DNA of 64,000 nucleotides, from assembly GCA_964106915.2 (NCBI GenBank), contig OZ066925.1. One strand, written 5' to 3'. Source of the stretch: Podarcis gaigeae. Lineage: Eukaryota. Position numbers and translations under genes: made by a program. The notes beneath the pieces are model-generated. The model did no database searches, was not told the DNA's origin, and was given only the letters and a program-made list of their open reading frames with translations. Shown here one piece after another: positions 1 to 11,353 of the stretch; position 1 is the stretch's first letter, and each line of letters starts with the position of its first letter.

Positions 1-423
1 ATCCTACTGGATTGACCTTTCATAGCTTCAAGTAAAGAGACATCCCTGTCCCAAAATGTACCTGGTACAGGTAACTCCATTCCTACCCCACAACAAAACT
101 TTTTATTTCCTCCCTTAAGAGAATTTTAGACATATACATAGAAATTAGTTGTAACATGTCCTTTCTCATCTTTGTTCTTTCTTTCACATGCTTTAAGGCA
201 GTGAACAGGACCTTGAGGAAGCAGAATTCTGGGCTTCCCCTCAACTGTAGAGAGATGTGGCACTAACAAATGTGCAAAGGAACAAGGATTGCATATAGCT
301 CACAAAGGACTTGGTGGGGGAGACTTGAGGGAGGAAGTAAGGGAGGTGGATGTAGATGCTGTACTAAAGCTTACATGTATCATGTAACCCACTGGCTGTT
401 ATATCTACTGTGGTGAGAGGAAT

Positions 424-477
424 GGGTTGGACTAGATAACCCTTGGTCCCTTCCAATTCTCCAGTTCTATGATTCTA
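424..477 (+). mobile_element. CR1-type 3' terminus
   Basis: gggttggactagat...ggtcccttccaa...ttctatgattcta. Related reverse copies at about 5512-5590 and 51396-51470. Confidence 0.7.
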
Positions 478-1643
478 CAAGCATTACTGGTGAGCAATCT
501 GTGTCAGCAGTTGCTTAAAAGTAGCACCTGACTCCTTCATAGCTGGCAGGGCCATGCATTCACTCCTCTTTATAATGCTCGTTTTGACATTTCTTGCACA
601 TCAAGTGGAAACTTTTCTATCCCAAGATCTGCTTTCTGCTCATCCAACTCATTAATAACGGCATCCTTCCATTTCCCAAAAATCCACGTGGCCATAAGGG
701 GAACCAAGAGAAGGTGCAAAAGGGAGGCGGAAATTCCTAGTAAGCTTTGCAACAAGAAACTTTCCTTTGGAAGTTGAATATCTTAAATAGTTTTATGTTC
801 ACATGCCTCAAAACTGCTTCTTTTAAGTTAAGAAAAGGTGAAGTACTAAAAGTATGCACAGAAATGGTTACACTGTTTATTAATTAAAATGTTTACTTAT
901 TAAAATGAGCAGTTTTTGCATGAAAAAGTTAAAAAATATTTTTAAAATGTCAACGTGTCTAGAAGACTGTGTTGTGCAGTGATCTTAACATTATTGTAAA
1001 AATGTTAAGATGCTGGTGATATGTAGGTTCACCTATTTAGAATTTGCAAAGAACTAGGCAAACAAACAAACACAAATAATTTTGTTCAAAACCCACAAAA
1101 GTTACCTGGGTCTTTTTATTAGCATTAGGTTTCCTATGGAAGTCTGGAGATAGAAGCCAAATAGCTAAAGGTTTACATACTACTCTGAAGTCTGCCCAGT
1201 CACGATCAGGCCTTACTTTGACATAAGTCACGGAGATTTCATTTTTGTTTGCTGCTCTTTGTTGTTGTGAAAGCAACACAGGAAAGAAAACAGTACAAAA
1301 TTTGTTCAGGGCTCAGGTTCCTATATTCCCGCACTTAATGTCACGAACTATTATGGCAACTTTGGTCTTTATTAATAAGCTCATATGAAAGGATATTTTA
1401 AAGACATTTCTTCTAAAGGTAAACAAGGAAAGTAGGCAGGATGTATAAAGGGCAACAAGATTGAAATGCAAGACCTTGCTGTAAAAAGGAAACAATATAA
1501 ATAATTCTCTTTTTAGTTCTGAATTAACATGGTTTAATGAACTAATTTGCAGAGTTTAGGAAATATTATTTAAAGCAACGGGAACCTTGATTTAAATCAA
1601 TCCACTCTTTGCACAGAAAGTTTAGATTTGAAGTTCTGTATGT

Positions 1644-2006
1644 GGACACAGGTGGCGCTGTGGGTTAAAGCCTCAGCGCCTAGGACTTGCCGATCGAAAG
1701 GTCGGCGGTTCGAATCCCTGCGGCGGGGTGCGCTCCCGCTGCTCGGTCCCAGCGCCGGCCAACCTAGCAGTTCGAAAGCACCTCCGGGTGCAAGTAGATA
1801 AATAGGGACCGCTTACCAGCGGGAAGGTAAACGGCGTTTCCGTGTGCGGCTCTGGCTCGCCAGAGCAGCGATGTCACGCTGGCCACGTGACCCGGAAGTG
1901 TCTCCGGACAGCGCTGGCCCCTGGCCTCTTGAGTGAGATGGGCGCACAACCCCAGAGTCTGGCAAGACTGGCCCGTACGGGCAGGGGTACCTTTACCTTT
2001 ACCTTT
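1644..2006 (+). mobile_element. Sauria SINE (Squam1), full length, subfamily A
   Basis: tRNA-like head (GGTGGCGCTGTGGGTTAAA; B-box GGTTCGAATCC), (ACCTTT)n tail, TSD tatgtgg at 1639-1645 and 2006-2012. Confidence 0.93.
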
Positions 2007-4552
2007 ATGTGGTATATAGAAGCTGTGCTGCAGCAATCTGTTCATTCAGGATTCAATGCTCCAAAAGGGAAAAAAAAAATATGAGAGCCCTCCAGTGGCC
2101 AAAGTATCATCCATGTTTGTACATAGTTCTGGTTTATGAACACACAGACATTTCCAGCCATTTAAAAAGACAATTCATATGGAGTACAGATGACTCTCCC
2201 TGTTGCCCCACACATATGTTTCAAAAGTTATTATTGAGCGTTAGTAAGAAAAATGCATGGGAGTTTATAGAATAGATGGAAGAGTATAAATTTTAAACTA
2301 ACCCTCCAGGAATTATAATAACTGTCCTCCTGAATGATGTGCTTTACTGCCAAAGTTTAGTTTGGTCTTATGAAATGCAATGCAGTGAATACAACACAGG
2401 GCAAAATATATTCTGCTATGAAGGTTTATATTTACCTACAAACTGCCACCGTCCTAGAAGTTGCAAATGCACTATCATTAGAATTTAATTTGATCCATTC
2501 CCTCAAATCTGAAAATCAGCAATCCTGATTTTTTTTGCCCAATCTCTAATGTTTATTGAACACTTACTAATTTCTGCAGCTTGAATCTCACTTTTTATTC
2601 ATTTACCTGGTATCCTAAGCGAGTTTCCTTTATGCCAATTCAGGGAGACGTGGCAGAACGTGTTTTGCATATGCTACAGTGAAAAAAGTTTATTAAACAT
2701 CATCTGTTCCGTTGTCCTAAACAACTCAATGCTGCTTCTATTTATTTATAGCTCCATCAACGCCAAAAAGCTCTTCATTACTTGCACAGTAATGATTGCT
2801 ACTTAATTCTTCAGCTGTTCCAAGTTTTCTTCCCATTCCACCCTCTCTAAAAACACCAGAAAAACCTGCTCTTGTTAATATCAACATTCAAAACAATCCA
2901 ATGCATTTCCAACTGTTACACAAATGGAATAATCCAGACTCCAAAAGTCTAAGCCCTCACCTGACAGTGAGTCTGTGGGGATTAGGTTCAAAGCTTTAGA
3001 TGAAATATTGCAGGGTATGCTTACTTTTTTAAAGTATCACTCATCTTGGAGAAGCTGGGCCTGAGCTGTCTATCTGGATAAATACCTCAAAATAGCAAGG
3101 AAAGCAAAAATGTTACACCACTTTAGCTTCCATGAGAAAGAGCTGATGCCAAATCATATGATACACATTTATAAGGCTTGTAAATAGCCAGCTGACTAGT
3201 GACCTGTGGCAAGTAAGAATCCCACTGAGACAAGTGGACAGCCGAGGGTAAAGCAGTTTTTAAGGCCGCATATAATATGCTTAAGAGTGGGCTAGTTAAA
3301 TTGTATATGCTAATAAATGTTGCAGACTTATTTGCAAGGCAGCATTAAACATTCAGTTGGGAAAAATAGCTACATGTGTATTTTACAGTAAACTTTCAAA
3401 TTTGCTTTCAGCTGAGCAGCTACCACTGAGAGGCTCCCTCAATATTCACAAGTTAGCTCCAGTAAAGCATAACAGGTTAATTAGTTTTTAAAAGGTCTTT
3501 CAAGTCATGGTTCACACATAAAGCAATCAAAAGTACTCATTCAAGCTCTATTCAACAGGAAATGAAGCAGAAAGTCTAGCAGACATCTACCAGAGACAAA
3601 TGGCAGATTCTTCATGTGCTCACGTTATCTGCTGACCTTCATTATGAAGACAGAGGATCAATTTAGACCCCCAAATTAGCATTCACCTACATTTCCCAAC
3701 TTGACCCTGGATTAGAAAAAATGTGTTCACCCACTTTTGCATATTGAGACACACTTGAAAAAAAGATCTAGATTCACAGTGCTACTAATTTAATATGCCC
3801 TTTTCAGTGTACATAAATAGCAGCTATCATTTAAGACAGGTGTTTTGCTTTCCAGAGCAATTATAATTTTCCTCAAATCAGTGAACTACTACTGCTTTTT
3901 GAGAATATTTTGGTCACACAGGTGTATACTTCATCATTTTCCTGCCCTAGTCCTGCAACACTTGTGCCTGATTTTCCACTGTTTGCAATATTGTTTGCTA
4001 TAAGGAACCTCGCTTGCATAAACTTCCACCTTGGCCCTTTTGCACATATGAGTTCCCATTTATGAACATACAAGCAGCCCTGCTGGGTCACACCAAAGTC
4101 CTATCTAGCACAGCATCCTGTTTCACACAGTGGAAACACAGATGCCTATGAGATGCCCATAAGCACAGCAACAATCTCCTGCTATAGCAATTTATCCATT
4201 GGCCAGTGTAAAAAATGCATGCTTGACTCTTACGGTTAAGAACCAGAAAGGTGTTTATTCTAGGCTGCCCTAGCACATTATGCTGCAAACTCTTCTATAT
4301 CTGGAAAGCTTATGTAATTTTACTGTTTTTTATGCTTTTGGTTGTATCTTTTGTACTGCACTTATATTTTTCTCTCATTTGCAAGCTGCCCCACAAACTA
4401 ATTTTGAAGGGCAGTAGAGAAATTTAATAAAATAAAAGATGCTTAGAACAAATTGCATTCCCATTGCTGGGCTCTTGTTAGGTCTCCACCCAGCTTGGAA
4501 TAGGATCATTGTAGTACTGTCCATGCTTATCAGAGGAAATGAAAAGGTATTA

Positions 4553-4794
4553 CCGTATTTTTTGCTCTATAAGACTCACCTTTTCCCTCCTAAAAAGTAA
4601 GGGGAAATGTGTGTGCGTCTTATGGAGTGAATGCAGGCTGCGCAGCTATTACAGAAGCCAGAACAGCAAGAGGGATTGCTGCTTTCACTGCGCAGCGATC
4701 CCTCTTGATGTTTTGGCTTCTGAGATTCATAATATTTTTTTTCTTGTTTTCCTCCTCCAAAAACTAGGTGCGTCTTATAGAGCGAAAAATATGG
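4553..4794. mobile_element. Tc1/mariner-superfamily MITE (CCGTATTTTT TIR)
   Basis: TIRs CCGTATTTTTTGCTCTATAAGAC and GTCTTATAGAGCGAAAAATATGG, flanked by TA on both sides. Confidence 0.85.
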
Positions 4795-5686
4795 TATTTT
4801 TGGTATCGTTTCCTTCCCCTGCCACCAAGTCTTGCCTTGCTGTGCGAAATAGTGCCAAGGGGAGTTGCCACTCAAGAATGGAAGTGGCAAAGGAAGATAC
4901 TTTCCCCTCTCCTTTCTCCTGAAACATTCCTGAATAATACATGAAGGGGAATTGCATTTCATGGCGCATATGCCTCCCCAAACCCTAACTCCTCCTTCCC
5001 ACATCCTGTAAGCTGTTTGAGAAGATCAAGTCTCTTCCTATCCCCTTCCACCATCCTCCAGGTAACATCCAACTGCCTGCATCCAAGCTGACTGCATGGA
5101 TTTCTATCAAAAGTAAGAGCAACTAAATTCTGTATAAATAATGTATGCATATTAAATATATAGGCAAGTGGAATCAAACGTTCTGCTTGAATCATTTCTG
5201 CCTGAAAAGAGGGGGTGGCTGTCTCATCTGTAGCTTGTTTTCACCTCGAAAGAACACTCAGTCTAAGAGGACATTCTGGAGCAGTAGGAAACACAGCAAA
5301 GAGCAATGCTATATATTGAAATTAGTGTGGGGAAGCAATGATCTCCTTGTGCATGAGCAAAAGAGCTTATTTTTCCACTGGTGGATCTTTGGATTCAAGC
5401 CGAAAGTAACCCTAGCCAGGTCCCCTATGGTTATAGTTTAAAAGTATCTACCCGGCAAAGCCACAAAAATCATTTATCCTTGGGTTGACAAAGTCACATT
5501 ATTCCAGTTTAGAATCATACAATCAGACTCATAGAATTGTAGAGTCCCAAGGTATCTAGTCCAACCCCCTAGAGTGCAGGAATCTCAAGAGCATCCATGC
5601 TAAATGACCACCTGTCCTCTGCTTAAATACCTCCAATGTAGTTTCGTTTATGAAATAGTTTTATATAGCACTTTTAACTGCACAAA

Positions 5687-5957
5687 GAGCCAGTGTGGTG
5701 TAGTGGTTAAGAGCGGTAGTCTCGTAATCTGGGGAACCGGGTTTGCGTCTCCGCTCCTCCACATGCAGCTGCTGGGTGACCTTGGGCCAGTCACACTTCT
5801 TTGAAGTCTCTCAGCCCCACTCACCTCACAGAGTGTTTGTTGTGGGGGAGGAAGGGAAAGGAGATTGTTAGCCGCTTTGAGACTCCTGAAGGGGAGTGAA
5901 AGGCGGGATATCAAATCCAAACTTTTCTTCTTCTTCTTCTTCTTCTTCTTCTTCTTT
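5687..5957 (+). mobile_element. tRNA-derived SINE, Squam3-like, with (CTT)n tail
   Basis: Head GAGCCAGTGTGGTGTAGTGGTTAAGAGC, core GGGTGACCTTGGGCCAGTCAC, L2-like 3' end GTTAGCCGCTTTGAG...GGCGGGATAT, then (CTT)n. Confidence 0.8.
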
Positions 5958-6379
5958 TCGATTATTACAAATCCTCACAAAATCCCATTTACAAAAAGAA
6001 AACTGGGAGAATGCATAAAAATATAAAGTCCTGCTGGATCAGAACAAATGGGTATCTAGTCCAGCATCCTGCTCTTACTCTGGCCAAGCAAGTCCTTCAG
6101 AACAAGGACCTGATTGCAACAAAATACAGACACTACTGAATGACCTTACTAAATGGCTGCCTTATCACACACACTATTAGTGAAATCATTAAGTTTTAAT
6201 TCCCTGATACAGTACAGTATCAGGTACAGTACTGATGTACAGGTACATACAACAGTATAGTAGTTGTATGATACCATAAGTTAATAATTTCCAGTCAAAC
6301 ATAATTTGTTAATGTAAGCAACTGCTACTGTGAATCACTATTAAGATGGTTACTTTCTGAGCAGTAGAAGGCTATATAT

Positions 6380-6492
6380 CAGGCATCCGCAAACTCGGCA
6401 CTCCAGCTGTTTTGGGACTACAATTCCCATCATCCCTGACCACTGGTCCTGTTAGCTAGCGATGATGGGAGAGCCAAGTTTGGGGGTGCCTG
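6380..6492. mobile_element. hAT-type palindromic MITE (internally deleted)
   Basis: CAGGCATCC.CAAACT ... AGTTTGGGGGTGCCTG. 8-bp TSD ctatatat/ctatatag. Confidence 0.8.
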
Positions 6493-7768
6493 CTATATAG
6501 CAACATGCAAGTAGGCAAGTCAAAGGGAAGACCTGCTCAGATCAGTTTTACATTATGAGCACTAATATATTTTTAACAATTCTTATCCAGGTGCCTGGTG
6601 AGATTCTTTTACTTTTTTAATACAACACAGCTCTGGGACATTGGATGGATGGGGGGGGGCAGCAGATTAGTTAACAACTGTAAGACCGCATTGAAGAATG
6701 CTGGAGGCCATAAAAAGTCACTTTATAGAAAGGTCTAACTGGCTGTTATCTGTCAAGTGAGTTCCAGGCAGTGTTCCATGTTTTCACTCACTTGCCAAGA
6801 CTCCTGGTGAGCATGATTAGCCCAAGCATTCCTCCCAACCTTGGTGCTGCAGAGGTGGGTGAAATCATCTCAATAAATGCACAGCGATAGCTGCCCTCCC
6901 CCTAAGCTCCATGTTTTGGAGGAAGGGTTGGAGTTGTTTAGCCACAACACTGTGGCAGTGACCTGAGAAACTCTATCAAGCAGGGACACAGCAAAGACCT
7001 CCCATAATTTGCTGTTCCTTGATTGCTCTGCATTTGAAGCTCCCAGAGTGGCCCAGCAACTGCACCAGGAAGAGGAGGGGAGGCCAATCAAGGCCAGCAA
7101 AAACCTTTGAAGCTCTACTTCCATGCCATCCATGAAATGGCCTTGAATCTAGTGCTGATCCAAGCATGTTTGCTGCTTAAAAAAGAAAAGAGGGTGGACG
7201 TGTGGGAGAAACAATGCCAGGCACCAGTAAAAACATTTGTGTTTTTTCTTTATTTTAAAAGACAAACCATGTTTTCTTCCTATTTGAAAAACAGGACAGG
7301 GGAAGAAGAAGTTGCTTTGGGAGTTGCACGAAGGCCAGCCAGTTATCACCCAAGCCAGCTCCTGCTGGAAACTGGTTGCCCCCCATCTTCGACCTCCAGA
7401 AGGAGGCAACTAAGGAGCCAGAAAAGGCTTAAAGCTGTGTTCGTATTTATGCACCCTTAGACACTTTGGGACACTAGTACTACTGCTTATTTGTGGGATT
7501 TTAACACTCTCAATCCAGTGGTTCAATGTGGTCGTAAATAACTTATCACAGTAAAAGTCATAAAACCAATATAAACAGTGTAAAAAGGTGGAGGCAGGTA
7601 GTCTACATTCCACCATCACTGGCCAACAAAAGCAGAAACCTAACAAGCTCTCTTAGTCTTAAACATACAAAACATGGGTTCAAATATATTTCTATGGGAA
7701 GGCATGTTTTTATACTACACTGTTTAAAAAGATCCTTTGACGTTCAAATGAGCAAAATTAAAGAAATA

Positions 7769-7994
7769 CAGTAATACCTCTGGTTACGAACCGTCCTCGA
7801 GAAAGCTTCGGCTAACCCAGAAGTAGGTGCTCCTGGTTGCGAACTTTGCCCCAGGATGCGAACGGAAATAGCACATTAGAGGAGCGCACGCAGTGTGAGT
7901 CCCCATTAGCGAAAGCGCGACTCAGGTTAAGAATGGTTTCGAGTTGAGAATGGATCTCTGGAACAAATTAAGTTCATAACCAGAGGTACGACTG
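7769..7994. mobile_element. pogo/Tigger-like MITE
   Basis: TA-CAGTAATACCTCTGGTTACGAAC ... GTTCATAACCAGAGGTACGACTG-TA. Confidence 0.85.
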
Positions 7995-8035
7995 TAAGGC
8001 ACAACAGGATAATGTGTGGAATACACATGGATATA

Positions 8036-8260
8036 CAGTGGTACCTCTGGTTACGTACTTAATTTGTTCCGGAGGTCCGTTCTTAATCTGAAGCACCACT
8101 TTAGCTAATGGGGCCTCCTGCTGCTGAAGCACTGCCGGAGCAAGATTTCTGTTCTCATCCTGAAGCAAAGTTCTTAACCTGAGGTACTATTTCTGGGTTA
8201 GCAGAGTCTGTAACCTGAAGCATATGTAACCTGAAGCGTATGTAACCCAAGGTACCACTG
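8036..8260. mobile_element. pogo/Tigger-like MITE
   Basis: TA-CAGTGGTACCTCTGGTTAC ... GTAACCCAAGGTACCACTG-TA. Reverse complement of the 16436 copy. Confidence 0.9.
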
Positions 8261-9016
8261 TATAGCCATATCCAAAGAGCAATGATGTCAATGCACTCAA
8301 CACACTTCTGATGAAGCAGTGGCCATGGGATGTTTGAGAAGGTAACAAACAGTTCTGTTGAAAGCTGCCTGGTTGCCTCTGTTAGACACCTGGACAAAAG
8401 AGAAATCTAATATACTCAAGTTTGCAAAAGAAACAATAGAGGGAGTATTGGAAAAGTCAAGGCATTCATGCAGGAAGTAGCTTTTGACTGTTTAAAGCCA
8501 CAAGCTGGTTTAAAAGAAACACACAACAAAACCAGCACAAAGTTTGAGAGATGAAAACAGATACTCAAAATCCTTCCAAATCATCCTTAATACATTGCAT
8601 ACCAGCTCTAGAAAGCAACATGATATGCAGTTTCAGCAGTTATAAAGCAACGTGTGCTACCCAGGTGCTAAAACATCATTCCAACCCCAAACCAAGCCTT
8701 AAGTAAATAGAATTACAATTGTCAAGGAATTTGAAACAAACTATGCATTAAAAGCAGTTGAATATTATATTGTAATGTCTATTCCAAGGCATGTATTTTA
8801 GGTTGTCTTAACACTCCTAGGGCAGACCTGTACTGCTATTAAACACCTTCACAGGTGGTAGATAGGGCAATAAAAAAAAATGAACAGTAGAGCAAATTCC
8901 AGGGGAAACTCACTGTGAAATATGAGGTACTGAACAACAAAAAGTCAGAAAGTCAGCTCCAGGGCATAGTGGAATTAGCTGGATGCTATTACTATACATT
9001 AAGTATTCACATTACC

Positions 9017-9350
9017 CAGGGGCGGAAGAATGGGGGCGCGGTGGGTGCGGACCGCCTGGGGTGTCACCACTGAGGGGGATGACAAAATGCTGGGCAGCAC
9101 TCGCTGCGGGGCCTGCAGTGCGTCCGAGCCAGGCGTCTCTCCTGGGAGAGACGTGGTGGCTTGGGTGGGTGCAGGCTCCATGCTGCCCAAACGGTTCGCC
9201 CGCTGCCTCCCCCCCCCCCAGCTACAGGGTGGCTGAGTGGGAGGAGGCTGGCAGACTCCAGAGGCCGTACGGTGCCCCCAAACCTATGAGCGGCTCACCC
9301 CGCCCTTTGGTGCGCTGACCCAGGCGCCCAAGCAGCTTCCTTCTCTGCTG
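9017..9350. mobile_element. GC-rich non-autonomous hAT element
   Basis: CAGGGGCGGA ... CTCTGCTG termini. Perfect 8-bp TSD acattacc at 9009-9016 and 9351-9358. Confidence 0.85.
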
Positions 9351-10536
9351 ACATTACCTCATGATACTGTGTAACAGGTAGTCAAATATACCCCTTTATT
9401 TGTTTGAGTATAAGACTGAAGTGGCAGACTATGTTCTTGCAAACAGCCACAATCTAGCCAGGCTCAGAAATAAGGATTAAGTGGTCAATTAAGCAATGTA
9501 AAATGCTACTTGAATATACCATAAACCAAGAATGTACCTGTGCAGTGACTGATATTTAGCTGCCTATATTTAATTGCATTATTCAATAGCTAAGGCTTGA
9601 ATGTGAGCTCTTTGCTTCCCAATGTTGTTGTCAGCATCCATTTGTTTCAAGAGACAATGCAGTGTGCCTCTGGGGACGAGGTCAAACCACTGCATTAGCA
9701 GCACCAAAGTGACCTCCCTGGGGTTCAAGCCTGAGCAGTGTGTACGGATGTCATGGTCTGCCCTGACGAGATCCCCCCCCCCTCAGTCTCACTGATTTGG
9801 ACCAAAGGAAAATGGATGCTGCAAGTCGCCCCAATTTAGCCTGCTATCAGAAACGATGCAAATTTCATAGGAATGCATTTTGGGGGTGTGGTTGCTAGGG
9901 CAAAACATCACTTGCCCTACTTGGCTACCTGTGGAACATTAGCAATACTATACTGTTGTTATGCATGGAAACATTTTCACTCCATGTAAAGTAGTTGGAC
10001 AGTCAACGCACAGACATTTTGGAATCATTTAAGAATAAGAACTGCATATTTTTTTTCATTAATAAGACCACTCCCCTTATTTGGCAGCATTCACAAAAGT
10101 TTGCATATGTAAAGCTAATGAAACCCAAAATTAACATGTCTAACTGTCTTGACAGGTATCAAACCTTTCCCCATGGGAACAAATTACCCAGAAAAATACT
10201 AGGCTTGCAATGTTTATAATTGTTTACATTTTAAGTTTCAGCTTATGTTTTAATACATATTTTCCAAGAGAAAAATCTATTTTAAATTTATGTTTCCAAA
10301 TCACAACACCTATTCAAAGTCACTATCGTCAGAAACACTTTCAATCCAAACTGCTGGATTAGGAAACTTTTATTCATTGGTACAATTCTGACACATCTAT
10401 CAATCAGTGCAAGGTAGCTGAAGACATGAGAGGAGCATCTTCTTCCTTGGAATGCCATGTGGTTGAAACTATACTGCACTGCCTGCAGAATATTACCTGT
10501 CACCCAGATGATGGCAAGCACCTTCTCTTCTAAATA

Positions 10537-10769
10537 CAGTGGTACCTACAGTGGTCCTGTTTATGAACGATTTGGTTTATGAACTCTGCAAAACTGGAAG
10601 TATGTCCTGGTTTGAGAACTTTACCTCGGTCTAAGAACGGAAGCTGAAGAGTGGAAGGGCACCGGCGGTGGGAGGCCTCATTAGGGAAAGCGCACCTTGT
10701 TTTAAGAATGGTTTCGGTTTAGGAACAGACTTCCGGAACGGATTAAGTTCATAAACCGAGGTGCCACTA
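10537..10769. mobile_element. pogo/Tigger-like MITE with a duplicated left terminus
   Basis: TACAGTGGTACC-TACAGTGGTCC ... AAACCGAGGTGCCACTA-TA. Internal sequence related to the 7769 and 16436 copies. Confidence 0.8.
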
Positions 10770-11217
10770 TAGTTTACTATTGAAGAATAGCTTAACTGAT
10801 CTTCAGTTGGCAGGTTGGTCAAAGTCTAAGGTGTGTTACAGTAACCACCATACACATATATGGTAAAAATTTGAGTTGTGCCCCTAAATGCATGTTTGGG
10901 TTAAATATGGTTCCTGAGTCTGAAAAGGTTGAGGACTATATTCTGAGTGTCAGCTATAGCCAACTGTAGGGAAGCAGTCATCATGTGAAATGGAAGGAAA
11001 TTAGCCACAACTTGGAATAATACAGCAAATGGAATCTCCGTTCCATACAGTTACCAGAGCCAGCCAGCCAGCACACTCCTCCCTATATTTGTATGAAAAT
11101 TGTGCTACCAATGATGGATGGGCATTAGTGCCACAGAAATGCTAAATAGCAAAATTGTTCCTGTTGTACTAAATATTGTCTGTTCACAATCCTTGGGGAA
11201 GATGCTATCCAATAATC

Positions 11218-11353
11218 CAGTGTTTCCCAACCTTGTGCCTCCAGATGTTTTTGGCCTACAACTCCCATCATCCCTAGCTAGCAAGACCAGTGGTCAGGGA
11301 TGATGGGAGTTGTAGGCCAAAAACATCTGGAGGCACAAGGTTGGGAAACACTG
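11218..11353. mobile_element. Palindromic hAT-type MITE, perfect 58-bp arms
   Basis: 11218-11275 is the exact reverse complement of 11296-11353. Same family as 6380; decayed relatives at about 54030-54150, 56190-56320, 60895-61030 and 62065-62330. Confidence 0.88.

Noticed and set aside
9620-9850. Possible RTE-related or other interspersed repeat fragment
   Set aside because: Could not assign termini, TSD or family from the sequence alone.
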